The notes under the pieces were generated by a model. It ran no database searches. It was not told the origin of the DNA and saw only the letters and a program-made list of their open reading frames with translations. Positions 1 through 10,649 of a stretch of DNA of 64,000 bases are shown piece by piece. The DNA comes from an uncultured Candidatus Saccharibacteria bacterium (GTDB lineage: Bacteria > Patescibacteriota > Saccharimonadia > Saccharimonadales > UBA4665). The position numbers and the translations under genes are program-made. The stretch covers positions 66,180 to 130,179 of the forward strand of contig CAVPPA010000005.1 in assembly GCA_963707285.1 (NCBI GenBank), read 5' to 3'. Position 1 is the stretch's first letter. Every line of letters starts with the position of its first letter.

Positions 1-5
1 ACGAC

Positions 6-1022
6 TTGAAATATATTCATGAACGAGACGCTGATGACGCTCTTGGTGTTGCCGAAAAGCTGTGGCAGCAAATTGGTTATAGCTTTCAAACTGGACAAGG
101 CAAAATTGACGTCGATAATATCGTTTACGCCGGTATGGGAGGCTCCGCTTTGGCGGCAGTGGTTAGTCAAAGTTGGCCAGCCTATAAAAAGCCGTTCGAG
201 ATTGTACGAAACTATGACATTCCAGAATATGTGACCTCCAGAACGTACTTTATTGCCAGCAGTTATTCCGGCAACACCGAAGAAACGCTTAGTGCACTGG
301 CTCAAGCTGAGGCGAAAGGGGCTCAATTAGCTATTATTGCAGGTGGCGGTAAATTAGCTGAGATTGCCAAAGAGAAGAACTATCCGCTGGCGTTAGTTCC
401 TGCCGTTAAGCAGCCGCGGTTTGCTGTTATTTATAACTTGAAAGCCTTACTAACTTTGCTTAAATCAGCGGGACTTTTAGATGACGATGATATGCAAAAA
501 TTTGATGACGTGTCGCCTTGGCTGCATACGAGCATTGCATCATGGTTGCCGACAGTACCAACTGCTTCTAATCCTGCCAAGCAATTTGCCTTAGAATGCA
601 TCGGCAAATCCATCGTTATGTATGCTGGGCCGAAATTATATCCGGCGGCATATAAATGGAAAATCAGTTTCAACGAAAATGCTAAACAAGTAGCTTGGGT
701 CAATCAATTTTCTGAGTTTAATCATAATGAGTTCATAGGCTGGAGTAAACAGCCCGTCGATAAGCCATATGCCATTATCGAATTACAGAGCAATCTCGAA
801 CATGAACGAATCCAGAAACGATTTACGGTATCTAATAGGTTACTTTCCGGGCTTTGGCCCCATCCGCACGAAATCCAAGTAAAGGGCGAAAATCTCATTG
901 AACAGTTACTCTGGACGATCACTTTCGGTGATTTTGTCACGCTTTATACAGCTCTCCTAAATGGGCTCAATCCGACACCAGTCGAATTAATTGAAGCGTT
1001 AAAACGGGAGCTTGGTCAGTAA
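6..1022 (+). CDS. bifunctional phosphoglucose/phosphomannose isomerase (SIS-domain family)
   Basis: 338-aa ORF with SIS sugar-phosphate-binding segments GMGGSALAA and SSYSGNTEET. The frame is open to the window edge, so the start may lie upstream. Confidence 0.7.
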   Translation: MKYIHERDADDALGVAEKLWQQIGYSFQTGQGKIDVDNIVYAGMGGSALAAVVSQSWPAYKKPFEIVRNYDIPEYVTSRTYFIASSYSGNTEETLSALAQAEAKGAQLAIIAGGGKLAEIAKEKNYPLALVPAVKQPRFAVIYNLKALLTLLKSAGLLDDDDMQKFDDVSPWLHTSIASWLPTVPTASNPAKQFALECIGKSIVMYAGPKLYPAAYKWKISFNENAKQVAWVNQFSEFNHNEFIGWSKQPVDKPYAIIELQSNLEHERIQKRFTVSNRLLSGLWPHPHEIQVKGENLIEQLLWTITFGDFVTLYTALLNGLNPTPVELIEALKRELGQ

Positions 1023-1078
1023 TTTAATAGTCGTGGTCCCGGACTTCAGATAGAGGTACTGCTATAATGGGGCGTAAC

Positions 1079-1759
1079 ATGCTTGGGAGTGTGCGTTTGA
1101 ATTCGTGGGCTCGTTTTGTGGCCGCATTAGGTTTAGCGTCTGTTGTGAGCTTGGGGCTAATGGTGGTAGATGCCATAAGTAACCGGAGCATCGTGGGAAC
1201 GTACTTGCTTGTAAACCTAGTACTAGCATGGGTGCCTTTAGTTATGGTGTTATGGTTGCGTCAATGTTTAAGGCGCAAATCTTGGTCTAGTTGGGAAGCA
1301 ATGGGTTTCAGTATCTTATGGCTCATCTTTTTGCCTAATACGTTTTACATGATTAGCGATTTCATACATTTGGCCGATATTAATTCCCAGCAGCTTTTAT
1401 TTAATGCCGTCATGTTTACATCTTTTATATATATTGCCGTCTTACTTGGTTTTAGCAGTCTCTATATCATGGAACAGGAACTGGCTAGACGGTTTTCAGT
1501 ACGGACAACGGTTATAGCAGTTATCCTTACATTATTAACTTGTAGTTTTGCTATTTATATTGGTCGTGATTTACGTTGGAACACCTGGGATATAGTCTTC
1601 GATCCAGCAGGCGTACTTTTTGAAGTTTCCACTCGGGTACTTCATCCTTCGCAGTACCCACAAGTTCTATCAGTGGTGACGCCATTCTTTGCGCTGCTGG
1701 GTAGTATGTATATCGTGGCGCGCCAAAGCGTGTCAGTTCTAAAACTACACCGAGAGTAA
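1079..1759 (+). CDS. integral membrane protein (DUF1361-like)
   Basis: Multi-TM ORF. The first ATG (1067) lies inside the TGCTATAAT box at 1060-1068, so in-frame ATG 1079 is the likelier, leaderless start. Confidence 0.55.
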   Translation: MLGSVRLNSWARFVAALGLASVVSLGLMVVDAISNRSIVGTYLLVNLVLAWVPLVMVLWLRQCLRRKSWSSWEAMGFSILWLIFLPNTFYMISDFIHLADINSQQLLFNAVMFTSFIYIAVLLGFSSLYIMEQELARRFSVRTTVIAVILTLLTCSFAIYIGRDLRWNTWDIVFDPAGVLFEVSTRVLHPSQYPQVLSVVTPFFALLGSMYIVARQSVSVLKLHRE

Positions 1760-1777
1760 CTTGGTATACTGGTGCTC

Positions 1778-3478
1778 ATGAGATCTGAACTCGAAGCCAC
1801 TATCGCCCGAGTGTGCCAAGCTACTTTCGGAGTTGAAGTCAAAGTCCAACTTACCCGACCAGAGGAACAGTTCGGGGATTATGCCACAAACGTTGCTTTG
1901 CAGCTTGCGAGTAAGCTCGGCCAGAAACCGGTAACCATTGCTGAATCAATAGCCGACAAAGTTCGCGATGTGAAAGGTAGTGAAAATATAAAAATTTCAG
2001 TTTCGGATTCGGGTTTTATTAACCTGCGACTAAGTGATACGGCCTTATTAAAACTCGTCCAATCTACCCCATCACTTAGTTTGAAAGGACGTAAGATTGT
2101 TGCTGAATATTCGGACCCCAATCCATTCAAGATTTTACATGCCGGCCATTTATATACCAGTATTGTTGGTGATGCTATTGCCAACCTACTTACATATGCT
2201 GGTGCCGATGTCCACCGGGTTAATTTTGGCGGTGACGTCGGCTTACATGTGGCTAAAACGATGTGGGCTATTGTCGACAGCGAGTCGGCTCAAAAAATGG
2301 ACGAGGTCATGGCGGCTGAGGCGGTTAAAAACAGGGAGTCTCAGCCGTTATTTGATCGAGCTCGTTGGATAGCAGAATGCTATTCAGCTGGCCACAAAGT
2401 TTATAGCGAGAATGAAAATTATAAGCAACAGATCATCGCTATGAACAAGCGTGTTTATGATCTCCACGATCTAGCTGATAAAACTTCTCCATTTGCTCGC
2501 ATCTACTGGCTTTGTCGGCAGTGGAGTTACGAATATTTCAAAGCTTTTTATCAGACAATCAAAGTTAAAGAATTTGAGCGGTATTACCCTGAAAGCGAAA
2601 CGGCCCCACTGGGTTTGACGACCGTCAGGGAACAACTAGATAAGGGCGTATTTGAAGAAAGTGACGGGGCAGTTGTATTTAACGGTGAACGTTACGGACT
2701 GCATACTCGTGTATTTATAACATCTCAGGGATTACCGACGTATGAAGCAAAAGATGTCGGACTAATTATGACAAAATGGCGCGATTATCATTTTGATGAA
2801 TCAATTGTAATTACCGCTAACGACATCCTCGAATATATGAAAGTTGTACTGAAAAGTGTCGAACAATTTGCCCCAGAATTAGCAGAACGGTCAACTCATT
2901 TAACGCACGGAAACGTTAAATTAGCCGGTGGTGTGAAAATGAGTAGCCGCTTGGGCAATGTTTTGTATGCCGAAGAAGTATTGGCGGTTGCCAAAAAAGC
3001 CTATAAAGATTTATACGGTACTTCTAATGAGGCTATTGAGCTCGGTGCAGTGAAATATGCATTCTTAAAGCAACGATTGGGCGGTGATATTATCTATAAC
3101 CCGAAAGAAGCGGTTAGTCTGGAAGGCAACAGCGGTCCGTATCTACAATATGCTCACGCCCGAGCTAGAAGCATTCTCGAAAAGAATCCGGCGGATAAGA
3201 TGAGTCATCCGACTAACTTAGAACCTGACGAGAGGAGTTTAGTTAGAAAAATGAGTGAATTTCCCGACATCATCGAACAAGCCGTGCATGACCGTATGCC
3301 GCACCATGTCTGCACTTACCTTTATGAACTCGCCCAAGTCTTCAATCATTTCTATGAACTCAATCGGGTTATTGGGAATAAACGTCAAGCAGTGCGACTA
3401 AGTTTGGTTGCAGGTTACGCCGATATTTTAGAAATTGGCCTAGGTCTATTGGGTATTGCGGCACCTCATAAGATGTAA
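1778..3478 (+). CDS. argS: arginine--tRNA ligase
   Basis: Class I signatures HAGH (HIGH) and MSSRLG (KMSKS-like), with an ArgRS-like C-terminal anticodon-binding region. TGGTATACT at 1762-1770 lies 7 nt upstream of ATG 1778; the ORF is open from 1772. Confidence 0.9.
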   Translation: MRSELEATIARVCQATFGVEVKVQLTRPEEQFGDYATNVALQLASKLGQKPVTIAESIADKVRDVKGSENIKISVSDSGFINLRLSDTALLKLVQSTPSLSLKGRKIVAEYSDPNPFKILHAGHLYTSIVGDAIANLLTYAGADVHRVNFGGDVGLHVAKTMWAIVDSESAQKMDEVMAAEAVKNRESQPLFDRARWIAECYSAGHKVYSENENYKQQIIAMNKRVYDLHDLADKTSPFARIYWLCRQWSYEYFKAFYQTIKVKEFERYYPESETAPLGLTTVREQLDKGVFEESDGAVVFNGERYGLHTRVFITSQGLPTYEAKDVGLIMTKWRDYHFDESIVITANDILEYMKVVLKSVEQFAPELAERSTHLTHGNVKLAGGVKMSSRLGNVLYAEEVLAVAKKAYKDLYGTSNEAIELGAVKYAFLKQRLGGDIIYNPKEAVSLEGNSGPYLQYAHARARSILEKNPADKMSHPTNLEPDERSLVRKMSEFPDIIEQAVHDRMPHHVCTYLYELAQVFNHFYELNRVIGNKRQAVRLSLVAGYADILEIGLGLLGIAAPHKM

Positions 3479-3498
3479 TAAGATATAGGGACAGAATT

Positions 3499-3864
3499 AT
3501 GGCTAATAAGCAATCGACGTACAGTCAGCCTAAAGAACGGAGAGCCTCGGCGGTAAGTGGCTTTACCGACTTTTTACGCCAGAATGCCATAGTTGGTTTG
3601 GCGGTCGGTTTTGTGATTGGTACACAGGTACAAGGGCTAGTTAAACAATTGATTGCTAGTTTTATTGATCCACTAACAGCACTCCTTTTCGGCGGTGTAG
3701 CACTTAGCTCTCGGGTTTTTACACTCCATCTAGGTCATCAATCGGCAACTTTCGGTTGGGGCGCTTTAGTCTATGCCCTAATTGATTTTTTGTTTGTTCT
3801 GGCGGTTATTTATGGGATTATCAAATTTTTCCATCTCGATAAACTCGATAAACCAAAATCATAA
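3499..3864 (+). CDS. mscL: large-conductance mechanosensitive channel
   Basis: 121 aa with a typical MscL TM1 segment, NAIVGLAVGFVIGTQVQGLVKQLIASFIDPL. Confidence 0.85.
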   Translation: MANKQSTYSQPKERRASAVSGFTDFLRQNAIVGLAVGFVIGTQVQGLVKQLIASFIDPLTALLFGGVALSSRVFTLHLGHQSATFGWGALVYALIDFLFVLAVIYGIIKFFHLDKLDKPKS

Positions 3865-3892
3865 TTCTTTAATTAAGAGCGACTAAATAATT

Positions 3893-4285
3893 ATGAGTAT
3901 GTCTAAAGTTGATCCATGGAAAGACAAATTGTCTCCTGAACAGTACCGAGTCTTACGCGAAAAGGGTACTGAGATGCCATTTACTGGTGCGTTATTACAC
4001 AATAATGCCAACGGGGATTACGTCTGCGCCGCCTGCGGCAATGTCGTATTTAAAAGCGGCACAAAATTTGATTCCGGTTCAGGTTGGCCCAGTTTTTATG
4101 ATGTTGCCAATCCCAACGCGGTTAAGTTAGTAGAAGACAATAGCGGTGGCATGAAACGAGTAGAAGTAGAATGTGCTAAATGTGGCGGCCATCTTGGTCA
4201 CGTCTTTAATGATGCCCCAGATCAACCGACAGGTATGCGCTTTTGTATTAATTCGGCGGCTTTGGGTTTTAAGAAACGGAGCTAA
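3893..4285 (+). CDS. msrB: peptide-methionine (R)-S-oxide reductase
   Basis: Two CxxC zinc pairs (CAAC, CAKC), a GWPSF motif and the catalytic RFCINS motif. Confidence 0.9.
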   Translation: MSMSKVDPWKDKLSPEQYRVLREKGTEMPFTGALLHNNANGDYVCAACGNVVFKSGTKFDSGSGWPSFYDVANPNAVKLVEDNSGGMKRVEVECAKCGGHLGHVFNDAPDQPTGMRFCINSAALGFKKRS

Positions 4286-4299
4286 TACCTCTGAAACCT

Positions 4300-4656
4300 T
4301 TAAAGCGAGGATATATTAGAACAATATTTACTACCCCAGGAAGCCATTTGTTCAAGCACCGGGATCAGATCAAGACCTTTTTTAGTCAACGTGTACTCAA
4401 TTCGTGGTGGAGTCTCGGCAAAACTTTGCTTGGTAATAATGCCACTAGATTCCAGGTCGTCGAGTCTTTTTGAAAGTGTACGAGGATTGATATTACCTAC
4501 AGATTTTTCTAAATAACAAAAACGCTGCGATCCACTAGCGAGGTCACGCAAGATAAGAGCAGTCCATTTGTTGCCGATTATATCCATGGCGCCAGCAATA
4601 CAGCCAACTCGAGGTTCGAGTTTGTCAACAGGAGTGGAAGTTTGGACTAGTTTCAT
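4300..4656 (-). CDS. HxlR-family winged-helix transcriptional regulator
   Basis: 118 aa with an IIGNKWTALILRDL motif. It is divergent from an FMN reductase gene, a typical HxlR pairing. Confidence 0.75.
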   Translation of the reverse strand: MKLVQTSTPVDKLEPRVGCIAGAMDIIGNKWTALILRDLASGSQRFCYLEKSVGNINPRTLSKRLDDLESSGIITKQSFAETPPRIEYTLTKKGLDLIPVLEQMASWGSKYCSNISSL

Positions 4657-4728
4657 AACTTTACAAAATATAGTATTGACGTATAGTTAATAATATACAA
4701 AGTATACCATAGAGGAGAATACCAGGTT

Positions 4729-5319
4729 ATGAAAGTACAAATAATTATTGGCAGTACCCGGCCAAACCGAGTAACCGATCGCATGGCAAAATGGGTCGCC
4801 CTTGAAGCTAAAAATCTGCCTCAGACGGAAGTAGAAATAGTTGACCTGGCTGATTATCCAATGCCGTTTTTGGATGAACCAATTTCACCGCAATTTAATC
4901 CTGATAGAAAGCCGAACCCCGTTACTCAAAAATGGTTACTTAAATTAACCGAGGCTGATGCTTACATTTTAGTCACTCCTGAATATAACCGTTCATATTC
5001 AGCGGTTCTTAAAAATGCCCTCGATTATATTGATTATCAATTTGCCAAAAAACCGGTAGCACTAACCGCTCACGGAACGACCGGGGGAGCCCAAGCCGTA
5101 GCTCATCTTAGGGGCGTATTACCCGGACTTTTGGCTGTTACCGTTCCGCGCGCAACTTTCCTAACCGGTAGAGTCAGAGAGATAATAGACGAATCTGGAG
5201 TGATGAACGAAGATCTACGGACCAGTCAATACGGACCACAGACTGCACTTAAGACAACACTTGAGGATTTAAAATGGTACAGTGATGCCTTAGCCTCAGC
5301 ACGTAATTCCAGCAAATAA
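4729..5319 (+). CDS. NADPH-dependent FMN reductase family protein
   Basis: Flavodoxin-like fold motifs IIIGSTRPNR and VTPEYNRSYSAVLKNALD. GGAG Shine-Dalgarno upstream. Confidence 0.75.
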   Translation: MKVQIIIGSTRPNRVTDRMAKWVALEAKNLPQTEVEIVDLADYPMPFLDEPISPQFNPDRKPNPVTQKWLLKLTEADAYILVTPEYNRSYSAVLKNALDYIDYQFAKKPVALTAHGTTGGAQAVAHLRGVLPGLLAVTVPRATFLTGRVREIIDESGVMNEDLRTSQYGPQTALKTTLEDLKWYSDALASARNSSK

Positions 5320-5388
5320 GCCGCGTTTGACAGGGACGTTCTGGAGAATAACTCTTCTAGACATTCATCTTAAGATATAATCGAGCCC

Positions 5389-5958
5389 ATGATAAATAAA
5401 CACGATATACCGACGAAATTACTGTGGCTTGATCTAGAGATGACTGGTCTTGATCCCAGTAAAGATCTGATACTTGAAGTAGCAGCGCTGATTACCGACT
5501 TTACGTTTCAGCCATTAGCTAACTATAAAGCGATAATTAAACAAGATGAAAAATCCGTAAAGGCGCGTATGGCCCAAAATAACTGGTGGGATAGCTTTCC
5601 AAAAAATCGTGATGAATTTCTACGAAATGTTAGATACGGCGTTCCTAGCAACGAGGTAGAACAGAATCTTGTAAATATAGTTAATGAACAATTTAAAACT
5701 GAACCGGTTATTTTAGCTGGAAATTCAGTTCATATGGATCGGGCCTTTATACATAAAAACTGGCCGCAACTTTATCAGAAACTGCATTACCGAATGCTCG
5801 ATGTCAGCTCATTTAAAATATTCATGCAGGGCAAGTATGGCATTGAATTTGAAAAAAAAGAAAGCCATCGCGCTGTCGATGATATACATGAATCAATTGC
5901 CGAATTAGAATATTACCATTCATGGTTTAAAAACCATTATGCCGAAATTAACAGCTAA
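5389..5958 (+). CDS. orn: oligoribonuclease
   Basis: DEDDh exonuclease motifs LWLDLEMTGLDP and HRAVDDIHES. TATAAT at 5376-5381 lies 7 nt upstream of the ATG. Confidence 0.85.
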   Translation: MINKHDIPTKLLWLDLEMTGLDPSKDLILEVAALITDFTFQPLANYKAIIKQDEKSVKARMAQNNWWDSFPKNRDEFLRNVRYGVPSNEVEQNLVNIVNEQFKTEPVILAGNSVHMDRAFIHKNWPQLYQKLHYRMLDVSSFKIFMQGKYGIEFEKKESHRAVDDIHESIAELEYYHSWFKNHYAEINS

Positions 5959-5997
5959 TTTATTAACCTGCCTAAGGAGTAGCCATTCTTTATGTAG

Positions 5998-6342
5998 ATG
6001 AGTCACGATATGAATCATAAAACGGTTGAAGACTATGTACTTAGTATGCCCAATGCAGTGCGGGAATATCCATTTGGTGAAGACGTGGCAGTCTATAAAG
6101 TCAACGATAAGATGTTTGCCTTAATTAGGGAGGGAGTCGAGCCCGTTCAAATCAGCTTAAAATGTGATCCTCAGCTCGCTGAAGTATTACGTCAACGTTA
6201 TGAAACTGTTTTGCCCGGTTATCACTTAAATAAAAAACATTGGAACACTTTACTTTTGACTGGTCAGATGGGCTGGCAAGAAATCCAAGATCTTATTCGT
6301 CATTCCTATTATTTAGTTGCCCCTGAAACTTTACCGACATGA
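5998..6342 (+). CDS. MmcQ/YjbR-family DNA-binding protein
   Basis: 114 aa with family-like segments KMFALI and HLNKKHWNT. Confidence 0.55.
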   Translation: MSHDMNHKTVEDYVLSMPNAVREYPFGEDVAVYKVNDKMFALIREGVEPVQISLKCDPQLAEVLRQRYETVLPGYHLNKKHWNTLLLTGQMGWQEIQDLIRHSYYLVAPETLPT

Positions 6343-6372
6343 TTAGGCTATGAACGGTTATTCTAATTTGTT

Positions 6373-7011
6373 TTACTCGGTTTGGCTGCTTTGTTGAACG
6401 AGTAATTGAGCTTGGGAGTAGGCGGTACTAAGTAGTGCTTGCTCTTTACTATTTTTGGTATTCGCAAAGGCCAGTTTTAAGGCACTTTCGTAAGAATTTA
6501 GTTCATCTTGAGCAATTGATATATAAGTTTGATCATAGGTGCCGGCAGTCAAGGCAGATTGCAAAGTTGAATCGGTTTGTTTGTTTTGTAAAGCTTGCAA
6601 TACTGTGCTGCTCGGGGAACTACCTAGACCGTGCAGGAACGCAATGAATGTGTGCTGCTCGCTGAGGAGGCTTAAGTTGGTGGTTGTGGCAAAATTTTTA
6701 GTTGGTTGGATGGATGCGTTTTGTTCAGCTTCTAAAGCTACGCGGGCCAACTCAGTTTGTTGTTGGGTGAGTGTAATTAACGGGGCAGTAGGGTTGTGCG
6801 ATGAAGTACTCAAAAAGGCAATAAAAATCCAGGCGCAGACAATAAGCAATAACGCGCCTCCACCGGTAATAAGCAGTCGATTTTTGAGAGAAGAATTATT
6901 GACTTTAATTAGTCGGTTTGATTGTCGCTGTTTGTCATAATTAACGATGAAATCATATTGTTCCGGTCCGGTTTGTGAAGGAGCCGTTCCGTTTGGTTGT
7001 TGAGGAGGCAT
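6373..7011 (-). CDS. hypothetical membrane-anchored protein
   Basis: 212-aa ORF with a single N-terminal TM (LLITGGGALLLIVCAWIFIAFL) and a Q/S/T-rich ectodomain. I recognise no family. Confidence 0.5.
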   Translation of the reverse strand: MPPQQPNGTAPSQTGPEQYDFIVNYDKQRQSNRLIKVNNSSLKNRLLITGGGALLLIVCAWIFIAFLSTSSHNPTAPLITLTQQQTELARVALEAEQNASIQPTKNFATTTNLSLLSEQHTFIAFLHGLGSSPSSTVLQALQNKQTDSTLQSALTAGTYDQTYISIAQDELNSYESALKLAFANTKNSKEQALLSTAYSQAQLLVQQSSQTE

Positions 7012-7116
7012 ATCCTTATTTAATCATAAGCGATGAGAGCGTACCACGTTGCTTCGCTTTCGCTACGTCAGTAGATAGAAAGTCTTACAGCGTAAATAGC
7101 GTACAATATCCTTACA

Positions 7117-8865
7117 ATGGATGCTGTTGAAGAGGTCAAGGCTCGGTTAAGTATCGAGGACGTTATTGGTCAGTACGTTCAACTGAAACGTACCGGGCGA
7201 AATTGGCGTGCCTTGAGCCCCTTTACTAATGAAAAAACACCGAGTTTTATTGTTAGCCCTGAAAAGCAGATTTGGCACGACTTTTCATCCGGAAAGGGTG
7301 GCAACATGTTTAGCTTTGTGATGGAAATGGAAGGGCTCGATTTTAAGGGAACCTTAGAACTATTAGCGCGTCAAGCTGGCATTGATCTTGAACAGTACCA
7401 GCGGAGCGGTCAGAGCAGCGGACCAAATAAAGCACGCCTGCATGAGGTCCTCGAACTAAGTACAACCTTTTATCAACGCCATTTTACGCGGCACCAAGCA
7501 ACGCTTGATTACGTCTTACGTGAGCGGAAATTCACGAGAGAAACCGCCTTAGCCTGGCGGTTAGGTTACGCACCGAATAGTACTACGGCTCTGACAAGCT
7601 TTTTACGAACCAAGGGATTTACCGAAATGGAATTGAATCAGGCGGGGGTCAGTGTGCGTCGCTCCGGTGGTCTCAATGACATGTTCCACGATCGACTGAT
7701 GATTCCGCTCCAAGATTCATTCGGTGCGGTTATCGGTTTTACGGCGCGTTTACTATCGGACACGCCACAGGCTCCAAAATATATAAATACACCTCATACT
7801 GTCCTTTATGATAAGTCGCGGCACGTTTTCGGCCTTCACTTTGCCAAAGAAGCCGTCCGCAAGAACGGTTTTGTCGTAATTACGGAAGGTAATCTTGATG
7901 TAATTGCCAGCCATCAAGCGGGTGTATCGCAAGTAGTAGCTGTTGCCGGTACGGCTCTGACCGAACAGCACCTAAAGATACTCAGTCGTCTGAGTAACGA
8001 TGTTCGACTTTGTTTTGATGCCGATCGGGCCGGTCTAGCTGCCACGGAACGAGCCATACCAATTGCTAGTAAAGTCGGCGTCTCGCTTAGTATTATTGAT
8101 ATTCCGAGCGGCAAAGATCCCGATGAACTAATTCGTCAGGATCCTAAAGAGTGGCAATCGGCAATCGCCAAGCACAGTTATGCCCTCGATTGGTTAATGG
8201 AGCGCTATAAACAGCAGATCGATATTACCAGCGCCCCGGGTAAGCGCCAATATACGGATGTATTGTTGCCACTGGTCCGACGCTTACATGATAGTGTTGA
8301 GCAGGATCACTATATAAACGCCATCGCTACAACGATTGATATCAGCCGAAATGCACTGACCGATAAATTACTCGCCATACCTGAAGCTAAAGCGATTCAG
8401 AGATCCCCGCGTAGCCTACCTATTTTATCGAGTGCCGAACAAATCGAATACGCTAAGCTGCAAGATCATTTACTCGCACTAGCCTTAATGGAGCCAAATT
8501 TACGCGTGAAACTATCACTAGTAACGCCAAATATGCTGACCAAAGATGAGGCGAAGCAGCTACTTACACTGCTAAGGGCAAACCCGCAGCTGAGGGCTGA
8601 TGATACTCAGCAGTTGGAGCCAGTCGCCGAATATGTTAAAATATTAGGATTAGAGTATGAAGAGCTCTACCAGAATATTGAGCGTGCAGAACTCGAATAC
8701 GAGGTTATCCGCTTACAAACTAGACTGGTTGAAGCCTACGTAAAACTACAAAAGCAAAAATTAGCCGCTGAACTTGAAACGGCTAACGAGGTATTGACCA
8801 CTTCGTTATTAGAACAGGTCAAACAACTCGATAGGTTGCTTAAGCGTGTGACAGGAGGAATTTAA
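7117..8865 (+). CDS. dnaG: DNA primase
   Basis: N-terminal primase zinc-ribbon homology ([34 protein letters not shown]) and TOPRIM motifs ([18 protein letters not shown]). It lies directly upstream of rpoD. Confidence 0.9.
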   Translation: MDAVEEVKARLSIEDVIGQYVQLKRTGRNWRALSPFTNEKTPSFIVSPEKQIWHDFSSGKGGNMFSFVMEMEGLDFKGTLELLARQAGIDLEQYQRSGQSSGPNKARLHEVLELSTTFYQRHFTRHQATLDYVLRERKFTRETALAWRLGYAPNSTTALTSFLRTKGFTEMELNQAGVSVRRSGGLNDMFHDRLMIPLQDSFGAVIGFTARLLSDTPQAPKYINTPHTVLYDKSRHVFGLHFAKEAVRKNGFVVITEGNLDVIASHQAGVSQVVAVAGTALTEQHLKILSRLSNDVRLCFDADRAGLAATERAIPIASKVGVSLSIIDIPSGKDPDELIRQDPKEWQSAIAKHSYALDWLMERYKQQIDITSAPGKRQYTDVLLPLVRRLHDSVEQDHYINAIATTIDISRNALTDKLLAIPEAKAIQRSPRSLPILSSAEQIEYAKLQDHLLALALMEPNLRVKLSLVTPNMLTKDEAKQLLTLLRANPQLRADDTQQLEPVAEYVKILGLEYEELYQNIERAELEYEVIRLQTRLVEAYVKLQKQKLAAELETANEVLTTSLLEQVKQLDRLLKRVTGGI

Positions 8866-8869
8866 TTTT

Positions 8870-10003
8870 ATGCCCAAGAATGTGAAGCCCATTACTAAAA
8901 CGCCAGAGGATTTAGAAGCGGTTCGAGTCCGATTAGTTGAGCAAGCCAAGAAGGATGGTCATATTGGCCAAAAAGAGATTCTCGCAGCTATACCAGAAAC
9001 ACCTGAAAATGCTGAGATTTTAGATAAATTGTATACGGAATTAGCTGATGTAAACGCCGAGGTAACGCTGGTTGAACCTGACGTCGAAAACTTTAGTGAT
9101 GAATGGTTACTTGAGGATGAAGAGGAAGAAGCAGCTCCTCCGGAAGCGTCAGGCTATCTTGACGATGATATTGCCGATGACTCGGTTCGATTGTACCTTC
9201 GTGAAATCGGTAAGATACCACTGCTTTCGGCAGAAGAAGAATTAGCCCTTGCCAAACGCGTTTCGTCCGGCGAAAAGCTGGCCAAAGACAAAATGGCCGA
9301 AGCTAACATGCGACTAGTAGTATCAATCGCCAAACGCTACGTTGGTCGTGGCCTTGATTTACTTGATCTTATCCAAGAAGGTAATACAGGATTACTACGG
9401 GCAGTTGAGAAATTCGATCCGACAAAAGGCTTTAAGTTTTCTACCTATGCAACCTGGTGGATTCGACAGGCTATTACTCGTGCTATCGCCGATCAAGCTC
9501 GAACTATTCGCATACCGGTTCATATGGTCGAGACCATCAATAAATTGCTCCGCACCCAGCGTCGTCTTACCCAAAAACTCAACCGCGAGCCAACCAACGA
9601 AGAAATCGCCAGCGAAATGGAAATTGATGTCGATAAAGTCGAGCATATAATGAAAATCAAACAAGATATCTCAAGCCTGGATGCCTCCATCCGTGACGAT
9701 GAAGATGATTCGGTCTTAGCCGATTTTATTGAGGATGAAGATACTGTCACTCCCGAAGAATCTGCCACCAATCAACTGCTTAAAGAACAAGTAAAAGATA
9801 TGCTAGGTGCGCTAACCGAACGTGAACAAAAGATTATAAAGCTGCGATTTGGTCTGGAGGACGGCAAAAGTCATACTCTTGAGGAAGTCGGCCAAGAGTT
9901 TGCCGTGACACGCGAACGTATTCGCCAAATTGAAGCCAAAGCGCTTGCTAAACTTCGCAAACACCGCGACGCCAAAAAGCTTCACGACTACATAAAAGGT
10001 TAA
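8870..10003 (+). CDS. rpoD: RNA polymerase sigma factor RpoD (primary sigma-70)
   Basis: Region 2 ([34 protein letters not shown]) and regions 3 and 4 ([20 protein letters not shown]). Confidence 0.92.
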   Translation: MPKNVKPITKTPEDLEAVRVRLVEQAKKDGHIGQKEILAAIPETPENAEILDKLYTELADVNAEVTLVEPDVENFSDEWLLEDEEEEAAPPEASGYLDDDIADDSVRLYLREIGKIPLLSAEEELALAKRVSSGEKLAKDKMAEANMRLVVSIAKRYVGRGLDLLDLIQEGNTGLLRAVEKFDPTKGFKFSTYATWWIRQAITRAIADQARTIRIPVHMVETINKLLRTQRRLTQKLNREPTNEEIASEMEIDVDKVEHIMKIKQDISSLDASIRDDEDDSVLADFIEDEDTVTPEESATNQLLKEQVKDMLGALTEREQKIIKLRFGLEDGKSHTLEEVGQEFAVTRERIRQIEAKALAKLRKHRDAKKLHDYIKG

Positions 10004-10032
10004 ATATATAGATTTTGAAAAAGGATCTTTAC

Positions 10033-10638
10033 TTGAAAATAAACCTAATCGGTATCGCTGGAACCAACGGCTCGGGCAAAGATACGGTTGGCCAAGTATT
10101 AAATGAACAATCCAATTTCACATTTGTATCAGTTACCGATTCCTTGCGAACCGAGGCGAGACGACGGGGGATGGCAGAAGATAGAGCGGCGACTCGACTC
10201 ATTAGCGCGGAGTGGCGACGAAAATACGGTTTGGCGGTTTTAGTCGATAAAGTCTTAGAAGAATATAAGCCAAAAATTGAAAATGGCATTGGGTTATCTA
10301 TGGCATCACTTCGTCATCCTGCTGAAGCCGATCGAATACATGAACTAGGCGGTATAGTACTTTGGATAGATGCCGATCCACTGATTCGTTATAACCGAAT
10401 TCAAGCAAATGCTGCAGTGCGTAATCGGGCGGCTGCTGACAATATTACATTCGAGCAATTTATGAGCGACGAACAAGCTGAAATGCATCGATCTGGTGAT
10501 GACGCAACTCTGGATATGTCAGCCGTCAAAGCTAAAGCTGATCTGTCCATCATCAATAATTTTGATAGTAAAAAAGCTCTAGCCATAGAAGTAACTAAGC
10601 AGCTAAAGCAATTTTTAAAAGACGGTTCTGAAGAATAA
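10033..10638 (+). CDS. P-loop nucleoside/nucleotide kinase family protein
   Basis: N-terminal Walker A, GIAGTNGSGKDT. AAAGGA Shine-Dalgarno 7 nt upstream of TTG 10033; the ORF is open from 10015. Substrate unknown. Confidence 0.55.
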   Translation: MKINLIGIAGTNGSGKDTVGQVLNEQSNFTFVSVTDSLRTEARRRGMAEDRAATRLISAEWRRKYGLAVLVDKVLEEYKPKIENGIGLSMASLRHPAEADRIHELGGIVLWIDADPLIRYNRIQANAAVRNRAAADNITFEQFMSDEQAEMHRSGDDATLDMSAVKAKADLSIINNFDSKKALAIEVTKQLKQFLKDGSEE

Positions 10639-10649
10639 TCTTAATCAGT

